Shown here piece by piece: positions 18,898-27,698 of a stretch of DNA of 64,000 nucleotides. The stretch is from contig OY969696.1 of assembly GCA_963702005.1 (NCBI GenBank), forward strand, positions 96,001-160,000, written 5' to 3'. Made by a program: the position numbers and the translations under genes. This DNA is from Candidatus Aminicenantes bacterium. GTDB taxonomy: Bacteria; Acidobacteriota; Aminicenantia; Aminicenantales; JAFGBC01. The notes beneath the pieces were generated by a model, which was given only the letters and a program-made list of their open reading frames with translations, did no database searches and was not told where the DNA came from. Within the stretch, counting starts at the first letter, position 1. Every line of letters begins with the position of its first letter.

Positions 18898-19208
18898 AAT
18901 AAAGCCATATTTATCGATGTCATGTTTCGCTCCGCCTCCGTGCTGTCGCGCTGAGAGATCAAAGATCCCATTTCGAAGCGGGAGCTATCACGCTATACAG
19001 CTATAAAAGAGACCAAGGATAGGGCTGTTGATGAATTGCGGAAGTTGGGATTTGAGACAATCGGTCTTCCTGCCGACTTTGGCGTTTCGATTTCGGGATC
19101 ATCTGACCTTGTGCGTAAGACCTTTTGCGAGGGTAGTCTAGCAGTGCCGAGTCATTAGCAAAGTGGATTGAATGGGTTCGTATTCCGCTACCAGTAGAAT
19201 TCTACTGA
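18898..19208 (+). pseudogene. degraded small gene resembling a subtilase/sedolisin propeptide
   Basis: NKAIFIDVMFRSASVLSR*EIKDP...DRAVDELRKLGFE...FGVSISGSSDLVRKTF, then a frameshift to KWIEWVRIPLPVEFY*. Confidence 0.4.
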
Positions 19209-19533
19209 TCTGAAATCATCATGGGCTGGAGGTTATTTAGCCCCGAGATAGGGAGGATCAATTCTCTTTTATTAATCTCTCAGAAATTGGAATTTCTAGT
19301 CTAGAATTCGTTTTTTTGGTTGGCAGTGACGTTGGTAGGGAAGCAGTGGGCAATACCAACGCCTTTGGCGGTTTAATCGTGCTACTTTGATCAGTTGAAC
19401 TTACTACCCAAAGAACCGGCGTTATAAACAGCCGGGCAGAGGTGGGACGGCTCAACTATATCATTTTGTATTATCTATTGTCCTACGCTGGAACCCGGAA
19501 TGCTTAATTAATACTCATCAAACATATTTTGAA

Positions 19534-20013
19534 TTATCCGTAGGTATCTCCCGGGGGCGGCAGGTACACCGTTTTACCGGCTACATAAACAGACCGAATC
19601 GCCCCTCCGGCATGTTTTAATGGTACTGACCAAACGAGCTTATCTGGCGATCTATCATACGTAAGATAAGGCTCTCCGATAGTCTCATCCGGCTGAAGCA
19701 TTGTTGCAGCGCGGGATTTAATACGTTCGGCATCGAGCCAGTCCCCGGCCTCCGGGCATCCTGAAAGCTCACCAGCCCGGCGTTGAAATGTGGAAAAACG
19801 CACTATATTACCATCCGGTAGGAACTGGAAGAAGCCGGCAATATAGTTGCCTGCTGTAACCGCGACGTACCAGGAATGAAGCCGACCATCTGATTCCTTA
19901 ACCTCAATTGGCATAGCTATTTTAACGGACATGCCGACCAAGCTATTCCCCATCTTTCCGCTGCGTAGCAATTTTTGTGCCTGAATCCGGATTTGGCTGG
20001 CGTCCATTATCAA
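19534..20013 (-). CDS. hypothetical protein coupled to the papain-like peptidase
   Basis: Starts 10 nt after the peptidase stop; beta-rich composition like the peptidase N-terminal region. Confidence 0.65.
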   Translation of the reverse strand: MIMDASQIRIQAQKLLRSGKMGNSLVGMSVKIAMPIEVKESDGRLHSWYVAVTAGNYIAGFFQFLPDGNIVRFSTFQRRAGELSGCPEAGDWLDAERIKSRAATMLQPDETIGEPYLTYDRSPDKLVWSVPLKHAGGAIRSVYVAGKTVYLPPPGDTYG

Positions 20014-20022
20014 CCGACAGAA

Positions 20023-21213
20023 TTAAACCTCTTTAAGAACCGCAGTAAATGCGTATCGGTAAATATGTGCATTAAAGTTCTCCCATCTTGTAATAACGCC
20101 ACCGGCTTCCGGATGAGCGCAATCGGTAGGCGGCCACGGATCGTAGACCAGCAAGCCTTTAAAGGGGAGCTGGTTGGGAAGGTGGATCATTGAGTTGGTG
20201 TATCCGGCAACCGTTCGTGAATGACCGGGAAGGAAGCTTATTAGCGGACGGTTGGCTTTGATTTCGGTCGGATAGGTGGACCATGCCGGATTAGCGACAG
20301 CAGTAGCATCGAGGGTATTGGAAGATAGCTTCTCTATCGTATCCACGACTTTATGCTCATCTCCATACGGCAGACCATTGGGATGGTCGCAGGTTCCCAA
20401 ATCCATTTCAATGGCAAGGCGGGGCTGGCTGTATTGATAGCGATAGAAATTCATGAGCATTTCCACGCTGGCGGCGACGCACCAGACAGGGGTCTGCTGA
20501 CCGCGTAGCTCATAGCATGGATGATGGTCGTCATCCCGGGGCGAATAATGTATTTCACGCGTATCCACGAGTTTGATGATAATCTTATCTACATCGAAAA
20601 TCGACTTGTTGATAACAAGCGGATTAAGGCGGCTAACAGTCGGGGTGTCCCATACAGCCCTACGCTCTTTAAAGCTGCGCATTCTGGCAGTTTTAATCTC
20701 TGCGGGCATTTCCTCGATCAGGCTCCAGCGTTCGAAGTAAGACGGTTCCATAGGTTTATGCCGCGTAGATTGCGTCGGTACTTCCGCCCAGCTCTTCCAT
20801 TCAAGCATCAGCACTTCTTGCCCTTTCAAGAGAAACTGAATGGCTATTTTTGGGAAACTGTAAGCCACAAAACGGGCGCTATCAAACTGTATTGAACGGC
20901 TCTTTTTACGCGCCTCGGCGCTGGCCTGCTCTAGAATTGTTTTTTCATTCCACACTTCCCCCATAGTAACAGCTAATAGCAGCTCACCCAAGATATCGTT
21001 GGCCGCGATATCAGTATATCCGGCGGAAGTACGACCCCGGCTTAACGGCAAGCGGTAGAACAATATCGTGCCATTAATATCATAAACAGGTGTTCCAGTG
21101 GCCGGAACGCTGACTTTATCGAATTCACTGCCGAGGACTTCAGTGATGCGGAGGGCATTTAACTCAAAGCCCGCAAGACGCTGAATCTGTTTGATAGAGA
21201 CTGGCATATTCAT
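20023..21213 (-). CDS. papain-like cysteine peptidase (C39/C70-like) with an N-terminal extension
   Basis: QQTPVWCVAAS (Gln/Cys), GHSRTVAGY (His), LLVYDPWP (Asp); AAGGAG RBS; TTGACA-N16-TATATT upstream (21337-21310). Confidence 0.8.
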   Translation of the reverse strand: MNMPVSIKQIQRLAGFELNALRITEVLGSEFDKVSVPATGTPVYDINGTILFYRLPLSRGRTSAGYTDIAANDILGELLLAVTMGEVWNEKTILEQASAEARKKSRSIQFDSARFVAYSFPKIAIQFLLKGQEVLMLEWKSWAEVPTQSTRHKPMEPSYFERWSLIEEMPAEIKTARMRSFKERRAVWDTPTVSRLNPLVINKSIFDVDKIIIKLVDTREIHYSPRDDDHHPCYELRGQQTPVWCVAASVEMLMNFYRYQYSQPRLAIEMDLGTCDHPNGLPYGDEHKVVDTIEKLSSNTLDATAVANPAWSTYPTEIKANRPLISFLPGHSRTVAGYTNSMIHLPNQLPFKGLLVYDPWPPTDCAHPEAGGVITRWENFNAHIYRYAFTAVLKEV

Positions 21214-21440
21214 CTCCTTATATAAAGATTAAACTCCCCCCTGCCCTGTACTAAAGCAAGGCATCAAAAAGGAAACGGCCATTTCCCTTAAGCTACTAAA
21301 TGCATATTAAATATAGAATAATAATTGCAAATGTCAAGAGTAACACGCTCGGAAAGATTATATTTTTTTGAATAGGGAAATGGGTACATGCCGATAGGAA
21401 TTTCCTTTTTCCACCCAGCTTAATAGCGCCGGCTTCAGAC

Positions 21441-21784
21441 TCAGAATGAAACTTCCTCGCTCACCTCGGCCGCGATCAGGGCCTCTCACTTAAGTACCAA
21501 AAAATACCCCGCCAAACAAAAATGAAAAGGGCGGACTGCCCAATCCGGGCATCCATCCTTCTTTTCGAATAATCGCTGATAATAGCGGCAGACGTCTCTT
21601 GAACTTGGGCTCATCGGCACATACGATCTGATCGTGGATTCCCTCTCGGTCATCGGTCAGGAAGTGCGCCTCTTTGTCGGGCAAGAACTGCTTTAAAAAC
21701 ATACTTAAGCAGACGCTGGGACTTGTCCGTCTGGCTCATCGTTTTCCCGAAGTGCAGGTCGCTGACGTGAATGATCCGAATCAT
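21441..21784 (-). pseudogene. remnant of a calcineurin-like metallophosphoesterase gene (3' extent uncertain)
   Basis: AAGGAGG RBS, MIRIIHVSDLHFGK (DxH motif I), then frameshift and stop. Confidence 0.6.
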
Positions 21785-21870
21785 GGTGCCTCCTTCTTCA
21801 TGGGATACTCAATCAGGGCAATTGTTAGCGATAATCAGGCTATTAGGGAAAGCGCTCGCGTTCATGACTC

Positions 21871-22302
21871 TCAATTTCGTTGCTTATCTTTAGCGCATTC
21901 GTCATATTTTTCTAGGTGATCTAGGTCAAACCGAACAGAAGAAAAGAGGATTGGACCATCGAGCTTAATCGTGCAACTGTAATCGAACATTATTAGCCTT
22001 TGGCCATCGTAAACTTTTAATAGGTAATATGTCCGATGAGGGATAACTTCCAGGCGATATTTCTTCAAGAGTCTATAGCGGCTTTCGCTAACTTCTTTTT
22101 TGACGATACTCAACAAATTGGCCGCATCAAAATCATCGGGGATATTGCAGCCGTATTCTCCAATAACTTTGTCAGAAGCATACGTTACGGTGGAGCCAAG
22201 CGTTCCGTAATCTCTTTTTTGCTTTTCGATGCTTGATATACAGCAAGCCGCTGCGATCAGCAAGATTGCCGCAATAAAAAAGATCCGAATTTTCTTGGCC
22301 AT
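21871..22302 (-). CDS. probable lipoprotein or exported protein, 143 aa
   Basis: MAKKIRIFFIAAILLIAAAC signal with a lipobox-like Cys. Confidence 0.7.
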   Translation of the reverse strand: MAKKIRIFFIAAILLIAAACCISSIEKQKRDYGTLGSTVTYASDKVIGEYGCNIPDDFDAANLLSIVKKEVSESRYRLLKKYRLEVIPHRTYYLLKVYDGQRLIMFDYSCTIKLDGPILFSSVRFDLDHLEKYDECAKDKQRN

Positions 22303-22303
22303 T

Positions 22304-23221
22304 TTAGCCCCAGTAGGTCATGACGTTGGTCAGGGCATCGATGCCCGTATCAAGGTTCCAGTTTTTAATTACATCGGCGACGACAAAAGGAGATCTCAGA
22401 CCCTCGTACAACCTGTTCCAGGCATCGACGACATTTTTTACAGACCGTTCAAAGCCGTCCTCTAAGAACGTTCCAATATTTCCGCCCGGGAGTTTGACAT
22501 TTGCATAGTAATCCTGGTAATCCTGCGGAAAGTCATGCCTAATTTCCTCCGCAGTTTTGTATAAATATCTTTTTCCAAGACCAAGGTGTCTAAAAAAGGC
22601 CGCTATCTCGGAACCATCGATGGTATCAAGAGCGGTCGTGTATGTATCAAACCAGAGTCTCGGATTCGGATTATCTTTCCGGGCATAGGCCTTCCGTGCG
22701 AGGCCCTTCCAGAACTTCAACAATTCATCAAAGCCAGCATGATTTCTACAGAACCTTGGGATGTCTATGAACTCAGCATAGGTAATGTCAATATTCTTCT
22801 GCTTGAAGAATATCAGAGAATCCTGCGCCATCTCGCACGCGCAGTGCCTTGCCTTGTTTTGCGCGTAGGGCCCAACTATGGCTTCTACGATCGGATGGAT
22901 AGTAACGTCCGCGACCAGATGAGATACGTAGCCCATCAGCCAGACGAACGAAAGCTCGTCCGAATCCTGCCAGTCGGAAACCCGATTTTTTAATTGGCCA
23001 AATCCGAGCTCCACTATGAGGTTGGTTTTCTCATAATGCATGCAGTCAGCCCAATTAGTTTTGCCTGTCTTAAAACTAAGATATGGCAAGTCCGGGCTTA
23101 CTGAACCCAAAAACAAGAATTGCGAATACTTGTTGAGGATTCGCATGAGTCCCGTGCCCAGCAGTTCGCCTTTTCTCTTTGCTGCATCGCTTATGATGAA
23201 ATGAGTAAATGCCCCGGCCAT
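22304..23221 (-). CDS. zinc-dependent phospholipase C / P1-nuclease fold protein
   Basis: MAGAFTH, LGSVSPDLPY, MGYVSHLVADVTIHP, H.ACE; start set at ATG 23221 after AAGGAGGG. Confidence 0.85.
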   Translation of the reverse strand: MAGAFTHFIISDAAKRKGELLGTGLMRILNKYSQFLFLGSVSPDLPYLSFKTGKTNWADCMHYEKTNLIVELGFGQLKNRVSDWQDSDELSFVWLMGYVSHLVADVTIHPIVEAIVGPYAQNKARHCACEMAQDSLIFFKQKNIDITYAEFIDIPRFCRNHAGFDELLKFWKGLARKAYARKDNPNPRLWFDTYTTALDTIDGSEIAAFFRHLGLGKRYLYKTAEEIRHDFPQDYQDYYANVKLPGGNIGTFLEDGFERSVKNVVDAWNRLYEGLRSPFVVADVIKNWNLDTGIDALTNVMTYWG

Positions 23222-23297
23222 TTCCCCCTCCTTGCGGTTCTTTCTTTTTATCCCCTTTTTGCCTTTTCTCCGGGATCCGGAATCCCGTCCAGCCAAT

Positions 23298-24344
23298 TCA
23301 CCAGATTCTTTCAGCCTTCTTGCTTTCGACCTTGTCCTGGACGTCCTTGGGCAGGGACGACAGGAAATCCAGACCGGTCATTTGCTCAATCTCGTCTATC
23401 GATACGAGGTATTCGCCGTAAGCGTGGCCTCTCAGGTCCTTGTTGGGCAGGAGGAAGGCCAGCGCTTCCACGTCGTTCTGATTCTTGGCGTCGATGACGA
23501 TCTTGAAGAAGTGGGTGGGCACTGCGACGCTGTCCTTTCCGATCACGGGATAGGAAACCTTTTTATCGGCGACGGCGAATGCCGGACCCGTAATCACCGT
23601 CAGGGTGCCCTTCTGTTCCACCCATCCCCTCACGGCCTCCTCCAGGTCTTTCCAGATGCCCTGATTAAATCCAACGCCTACTTGCGGGGCCATGTTCGAG
23701 AGCAGGAAGCTCTCGGCCATCACTTTATCGCTTCTGCTCATGTCCGCAGCCGGCGCTTGGTGTCCCCTGTCGTAGCCGCTGCCCGCGTAGTCGCTCAGTT
23801 CGGCGCGGGAGCCATAAGGTATTGACGTGTCCGGCGCGAATGCGTTCGTCCGCTCGACTCCGCCGCTCAGGTCTCCGGGGCTTATCTCATACTGGACCCA
23901 TACCGGAATCTTCAGCCTGGCATCTTGGGCAAGCGCGTAGCCTTCCCGGAAACGTTCATACAAGGCCTCAGGCTTGCCGACTTTCAAATGGCGATTTGGC
24001 TGTGCCGTTTCTGCGCTTATCTTTTCTTCCGCTGCTGCCGGCGCTTCGACGGTCGCGCCTTCCGCCGTTCCCTCGCAGCGCCTCACGTACGTCTTGTAAA
24101 TCCAGCCCGCCTGCCCGGTGACGGGATTGGACACGTGATAATAGCCGGCCTTTCTGTTCGAGGCGTCGTCCGGATAGATCTGCAGCTGGGCGCCTTCCTC
24201 GACGGCGCAGACCACCGCAGACTTCTTTGTCGGGCCTTCATAAACGTCGGCTTTCCTCGTGACCCTGAGGAAGTCGGCGAACGACAAGCTCGACAGCAAC
24301 GAGAAAAGCAGGCCGAGCCATGCGAGAGATTTAATGGTTTTCAT
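23298..24344 (-). CDS. secreted DNA/RNA non-specific endonuclease (NucA/EndA-like His-Me finger) with an N-terminal SH3-like domain
   Basis: YDRGHQAPAAD, SFLLSNMAPQ, FNQGIWKDLE, VAVPTHFFK. Confidence 0.92.
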   Translation of the reverse strand: MKTIKSLAWLGLLFSLLSSLSFADFLRVTRKADVYEGPTKKSAVVCAVEEGAQLQIYPDDASNRKAGYYHVSNPVTGQAGWIYKTYVRRCEGTAEGATVEAPAAAEEKISAETAQPNRHLKVGKPEALYERFREGYALAQDARLKIPVWVQYEISPGDLSGGVERTNAFAPDTSIPYGSRAELSDYAGSGYDRGHQAPAADMSRSDKVMAESFLLSNMAPQVGVGFNQGIWKDLEEAVRGWVEQKGTLTVITGPAFAVADKKVSYPVIGKDSVAVPTHFFKIVIDAKNQNDVEALAFLLPNKDLRGHAYGEYLVSIDEIEQMTGLDFLSSLPKDVQDKVESKKAERIW

Positions 24345-24741
24345 TGGAGGCCTTGACGGCATGCTTTGCCAATTTTGCGGACAGCTTGGCCTGCCTTTCC
24401 TTTTCCGCGCTGCTCATGAAGCCCAGAACGTCCCTGAACAGCTTCACTGAAGCCTTGCTGCCGCCCGAAATTATGGCTCCGGTGATCACGTAGCCAAGAA
24501 AGTTCGTCTTGTCGGCAAGGATGATGATGCTGAGGGCGTCGAATTTCCACAAGAAGCAAACCAGGGCGCATACGAACAGGGAGATGAATTCCTTGGTGCC
24601 CTTGTCTTCGCAGTGCTTTATGAAAAGCCTGTTTTCGAAGATGATGGAAAGGCCCCGTTCAATCAGGAAGGCAAGGACGACGATCGTAACCAAGACCTCA
24701 AACGTTCTTTCCCAGTCGAGATGAAAAAGGTTCGGATCCAT
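24331..24741 (-). CDS. small multi-TM membrane protein (holin-like topology)
   Basis: Three hydrophobic segments, ITGAIISGGSK and a charged C-terminus; overlaps the nuclease start. Confidence 0.7.
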   Translation of the reverse strand: MDPNLFHLDWERTFEVLVTIVVLAFLIERGLSIIFENRLFIKHCEDKGTKEFISLFVCALVCFLWKFDALSIIILADKTNFLGYVITGAIISGGSKASVKLFRDVLGFMSSAEKERQAKLSAKLAKHAVKASNENH

Positions 24742-25055
24742 GGTTTTCCCCCTAAGCTTAAATTTATTTATCGCCCGGAATGGCGATTGCATCCCCCTTC
24801 GGCACTACTCTGAGACGAAAGCACGGGCACTGCTGGTTCCCCCTGCAAATAAAAGCGTTATTGCCAAGGCGTTGCGATTCCCCTCCAAAGACTCCTCTCC
24901 TCCCAATGCCCAATCCTACTCTAAAGAGTTAGTCGTAGTAATGTGGATGAGTTTGAAATTTTATTTAAATATCGGTTGACAACTAGAAGAATTGAGAAAA
25001 GAATATTATTGGGCAAAAGAAAGCTTCTAGTTGAAGAGGGGATTAATAATTCAAG

Positions 25056-26117
25056 ATGCCTAAGAAATCTCGGCAATTTTATTTAATCGGCGCAGTCATA
25101 TTAATTAACGTCGTTTTGATTGGACTAAATATTTTCATCATAAGGGAAAAGAAAAAAGAATTTAAAAGGCTCTCGGAGCTGAGAAAATCAACAGAGGCAA
25201 ACCAATTTTATGAAAATTCCTCCAAGGAATTCATGAATATGGATTGCCCCGAAATCGTAGCGAATTCCGTCGAGGGGAACGGAATCGCGCTTAGGCAATA
25301 CGCCGGAAGCGTAATAATCATTCAGTTCAGCAGATTCTATAAGGAGGATTTGCCCAATCTCGTCTATCTCCAGAACCTTGCCGACAAATATCGAAAATTG
25401 GGCGTTTTCCTGTTGTTCGTTAATACGAGAGGGAAGCAAGATGCGAGTGGGGTGGGAAAATTCGTTACTCTGTCCTACCCCGTCATTGAAGATGATGGAA
25501 CGATACGAGCTCAATTCAATGCGTATCCTGAGGATACGATCATCGTAGACCGCAATTTCAAGATCAAGTTCAAAAACGCCCGGTTTATAAAACCCATTAT
25601 CTACGACGAACTCATTAAGTGGCTTTTTGAAAATCGTGATCAACCAAAATCTTCGGCGCCAGAAGATTTATCCAAATCCATAAAAAGCCTAGTCTATTAT
25701 GACGTTTTGAAGAAAAAGATCATTAGAATGGAGCAAGTCCATAAGAAAATCGTTGCCACCTTCTCTGCTTCTTTGTGTACGGGCTGCGAGGAGAACAGCA
25801 GAATTCAACTATTAAAAGATCTTTCGAGCAAAATTGCTCCGGAAAAAGGGGAGATATTCCTGATCTTCGGGAAAGGCAACAATCCAGATGCGATTCGGCA
25901 ATATGCCATGGTTCAAGAATGGGAGAAAGTTCCCTTCAATATCGGCGTCATCGAGGGCTCCGTCGATATAGATGAAGGTCTTTATTATCAGCTTTTCAAG
26001 CTCGACATTGATCCAAGAACCCTCGTTTTCGATTCGGCCAGAAAGCCGATATTCGTCGAATCCCGTAAAAACACAAATTCGCTTAGCATTGATCCATTAT
26101 TGCGAATGATAAAATGA
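25056..26117 (+). CDS. membrane-anchored tandem thioredoxin-fold (TlpA/redoxin-like) protein
   Basis: N-terminal TM helix; first redoxin domain (YPEDTIIVDRNFKIKF) lacks CxxC; second domain has LCTGC and DPRTLVFD; TTGACA at 24976 upstream. Confidence 0.75.
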   Translation: MPKKSRQFYLIGAVILINVVLIGLNIFIIREKKKEFKRLSELRKSTEANQFYENSSKEFMNMDCPEIVANSVEGNGIALRQYAGSVIIIQFSRFYKEDLPNLVYLQNLADKYRKLGVFLLFVNTRGKQDASGVGKFVTLSYPVIEDDGTIRAQFNAYPEDTIIVDRNFKIKFKNARFIKPIIYDELIKWLFENRDQPKSSAPEDLSKSIKSLVYYDVLKKKIIRMEQVHKKIVATFSASLCTGCEENSRIQLLKDLSSKIAPEKGEIFLIFGKGNNPDAIRQYAMVQEWEKVPFNIGVIEGSVDIDEGLYYQLFKLDIDPRTLVFDSARKPIFVESRKNTNSLSIDPLLRMIK

Positions 26118-27256
26118 AGCAACCGAGGGTGCTGATAATTCTCATTTTAGGAACAAGTTGTCTATTAACGGGCTATCGGAATGCTCCAGCATCGCGGACG
26201 ATTAGCAAGTTGGAAAAAAGATCTGAGAGACATCGGTCTGTTTTGACCAAAAATGCAGCACTCCTAGGCATTTCAGACAAAGAACGAATCACTTCTCTTG
26301 AAGAAATAGGCAAAATAGAAAACGGGTTTAGCAGCGCTGATGATAACTATTTTGAAAACATCAATTCAGTTTGCTTGGACGCCAATAATAATTTATACGT
26401 TGCCGATTCTGGAGTCCATAAAATATTCAAATTTAACGATCGAGGGAAATTTCTGTTTTCTTTTGGAAAACTGGGTCAGGATAAGGCAGAATTCTTGGGA
26501 ACAATGAGGATTTCTATAGGCAACGATGGGAAGCTCTACATAACCGATGATGGAAATTGGCGTTTGTCTATTTATGATCTGGAAGGACATTTTATCCAGC
26601 AGTTCCCGATAGACAAGTATATCTATGACATCGCTCTAGCGAAATCGAATGGCGATATATACCTCATCTCGCCAAGTGGAATAAGTCTAATCGATTACTA
26701 TGATAAAGAAATGCATCTGAAAGGCTCCTTGGTTGAATATTCTAGCCACCTTGATTTCCCCTATGAAGTCCCTCCGAAAAAAATGCTTAAATTAATGTCT
26801 AGGCCGTCGATCATTGATTTAAAAAAACTCATGACCAAAAAGGATGAACTAATTCTCGTTTCTAATAATTCGCTATTTATCTTTTTGATAGATAACGATC
26901 ATAGGATTAAAAACAAATTCAGAATCGCGCATCCTCGGCTTATAGAGAATTATATAAAGCGCTTAAAGGAAATAGAGTTAAAAGGAGGCTGGCTCCAGTG
27001 CTTTGGCTCAGCATTTCTCGATAGCAAAGAGAACATTTGTCTTTGTTATTACAACACGGACATAGAGCAACCCGAGATCTATCGATATAGCACAAACGGG
27101 TTTTTTATCGATGTTATAAGAATGAATGTATCCGGCGAAAACGAAGCCCAATCGAATCGTGTCCTCGAGGCTTGCGATAGCAAAGGTAATATGTATTCAA
27201 TTGATTCGAATTTACAAAAAATCGTTATTTATCGAGAAAAAAGGGAACATGAATAA
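26114..27256 (+). CDS. secreted 6-bladed beta-propeller (NHL repeat) protein
   Basis: DANNNLYVADSGVHKIFKFNDRGKFLFSFGKLGQ..AEF; ATGA overlap with the redoxin gene. Confidence 0.85.
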   Translation: MKQPRVLIILILGTSCLLTGYRNAPASRTISKLEKRSERHRSVLTKNAALLGISDKERITSLEEIGKIENGFSSADDNYFENINSVCLDANNNLYVADSGVHKIFKFNDRGKFLFSFGKLGQDKAEFLGTMRISIGNDGKLYITDDGNWRLSIYDLEGHFIQQFPIDKYIYDIALAKSNGDIYLISPSGISLIDYYDKEMHLKGSLVEYSSHLDFPYEVPPKKMLKLMSRPSIIDLKKLMTKKDELILVSNNSLFIFLIDNDHRIKNKFRIAHPRLIENYIKRLKEIELKGGWLQCFGSAFLDSKENICLCYYNTDIEQPEIYRYSTNGFFIDVIRMNVSGENEAQSNRVLEACDSKGNMYSIDSNLQKIVIYREKREHE

Positions 27257-27307
27257 CGTTGGTTTCAAAATTGGAGTTAATTACCCTAATTTCATAGGAG
27301 GTGCAAG

Positions 27308-27610
27308 ATGAAAAAAGGGTTGCGTGGAGGGATTCTTGCTATGTTCGTTCTCCTCTGTGTCATGACCGTTGCCAATCTCGTGTATTCTACGTGGCCTTGT
27401 GAGCTAGCAGGCCCAACTAGTCAGTGCAATCATATAGCAACCCTGTACTGTCGCGGCATCTGCGGCGGCACAGGTAAGTGCCAAAGTGTCATTTGGAATT
27501 ACAATTTCTGTAATGATGAAATGTGCTATGAGAGATATGTAATCATATGCACAGATGGAAGAGAATATTCTTATGATTGCAATAGCAATGCTGGCTTCTG
27601 TCCGAAATGA
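27308..27610 (+). CDS. secreted Cys-rich peptide, 100 aa (10 Cys in the predicted mature part)
   Basis: AGGAGGT RBS; Sec-type signal, then WPCELAGPTSQC...YC..IC....KC...FC...MC...IC...DC...FCPK. Confidence 0.8.
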   Translation: MKKGLRGGILAMFVLLCVMTVANLVYSTWPCELAGPTSQCNHIATLYCRGICGGTGKCQSVIWNYNFCNDEMCYERYVIICTDGREYSYDCNSNAGFCPK

Positions 27611-27698
27611 AGGCCTTAAGCATATAAATATAAATCGACTGATTTAAGGACCTATTTTCGGCCTTGGATTATAAGGAGTATTTCTGTTCAAGTCAAAA

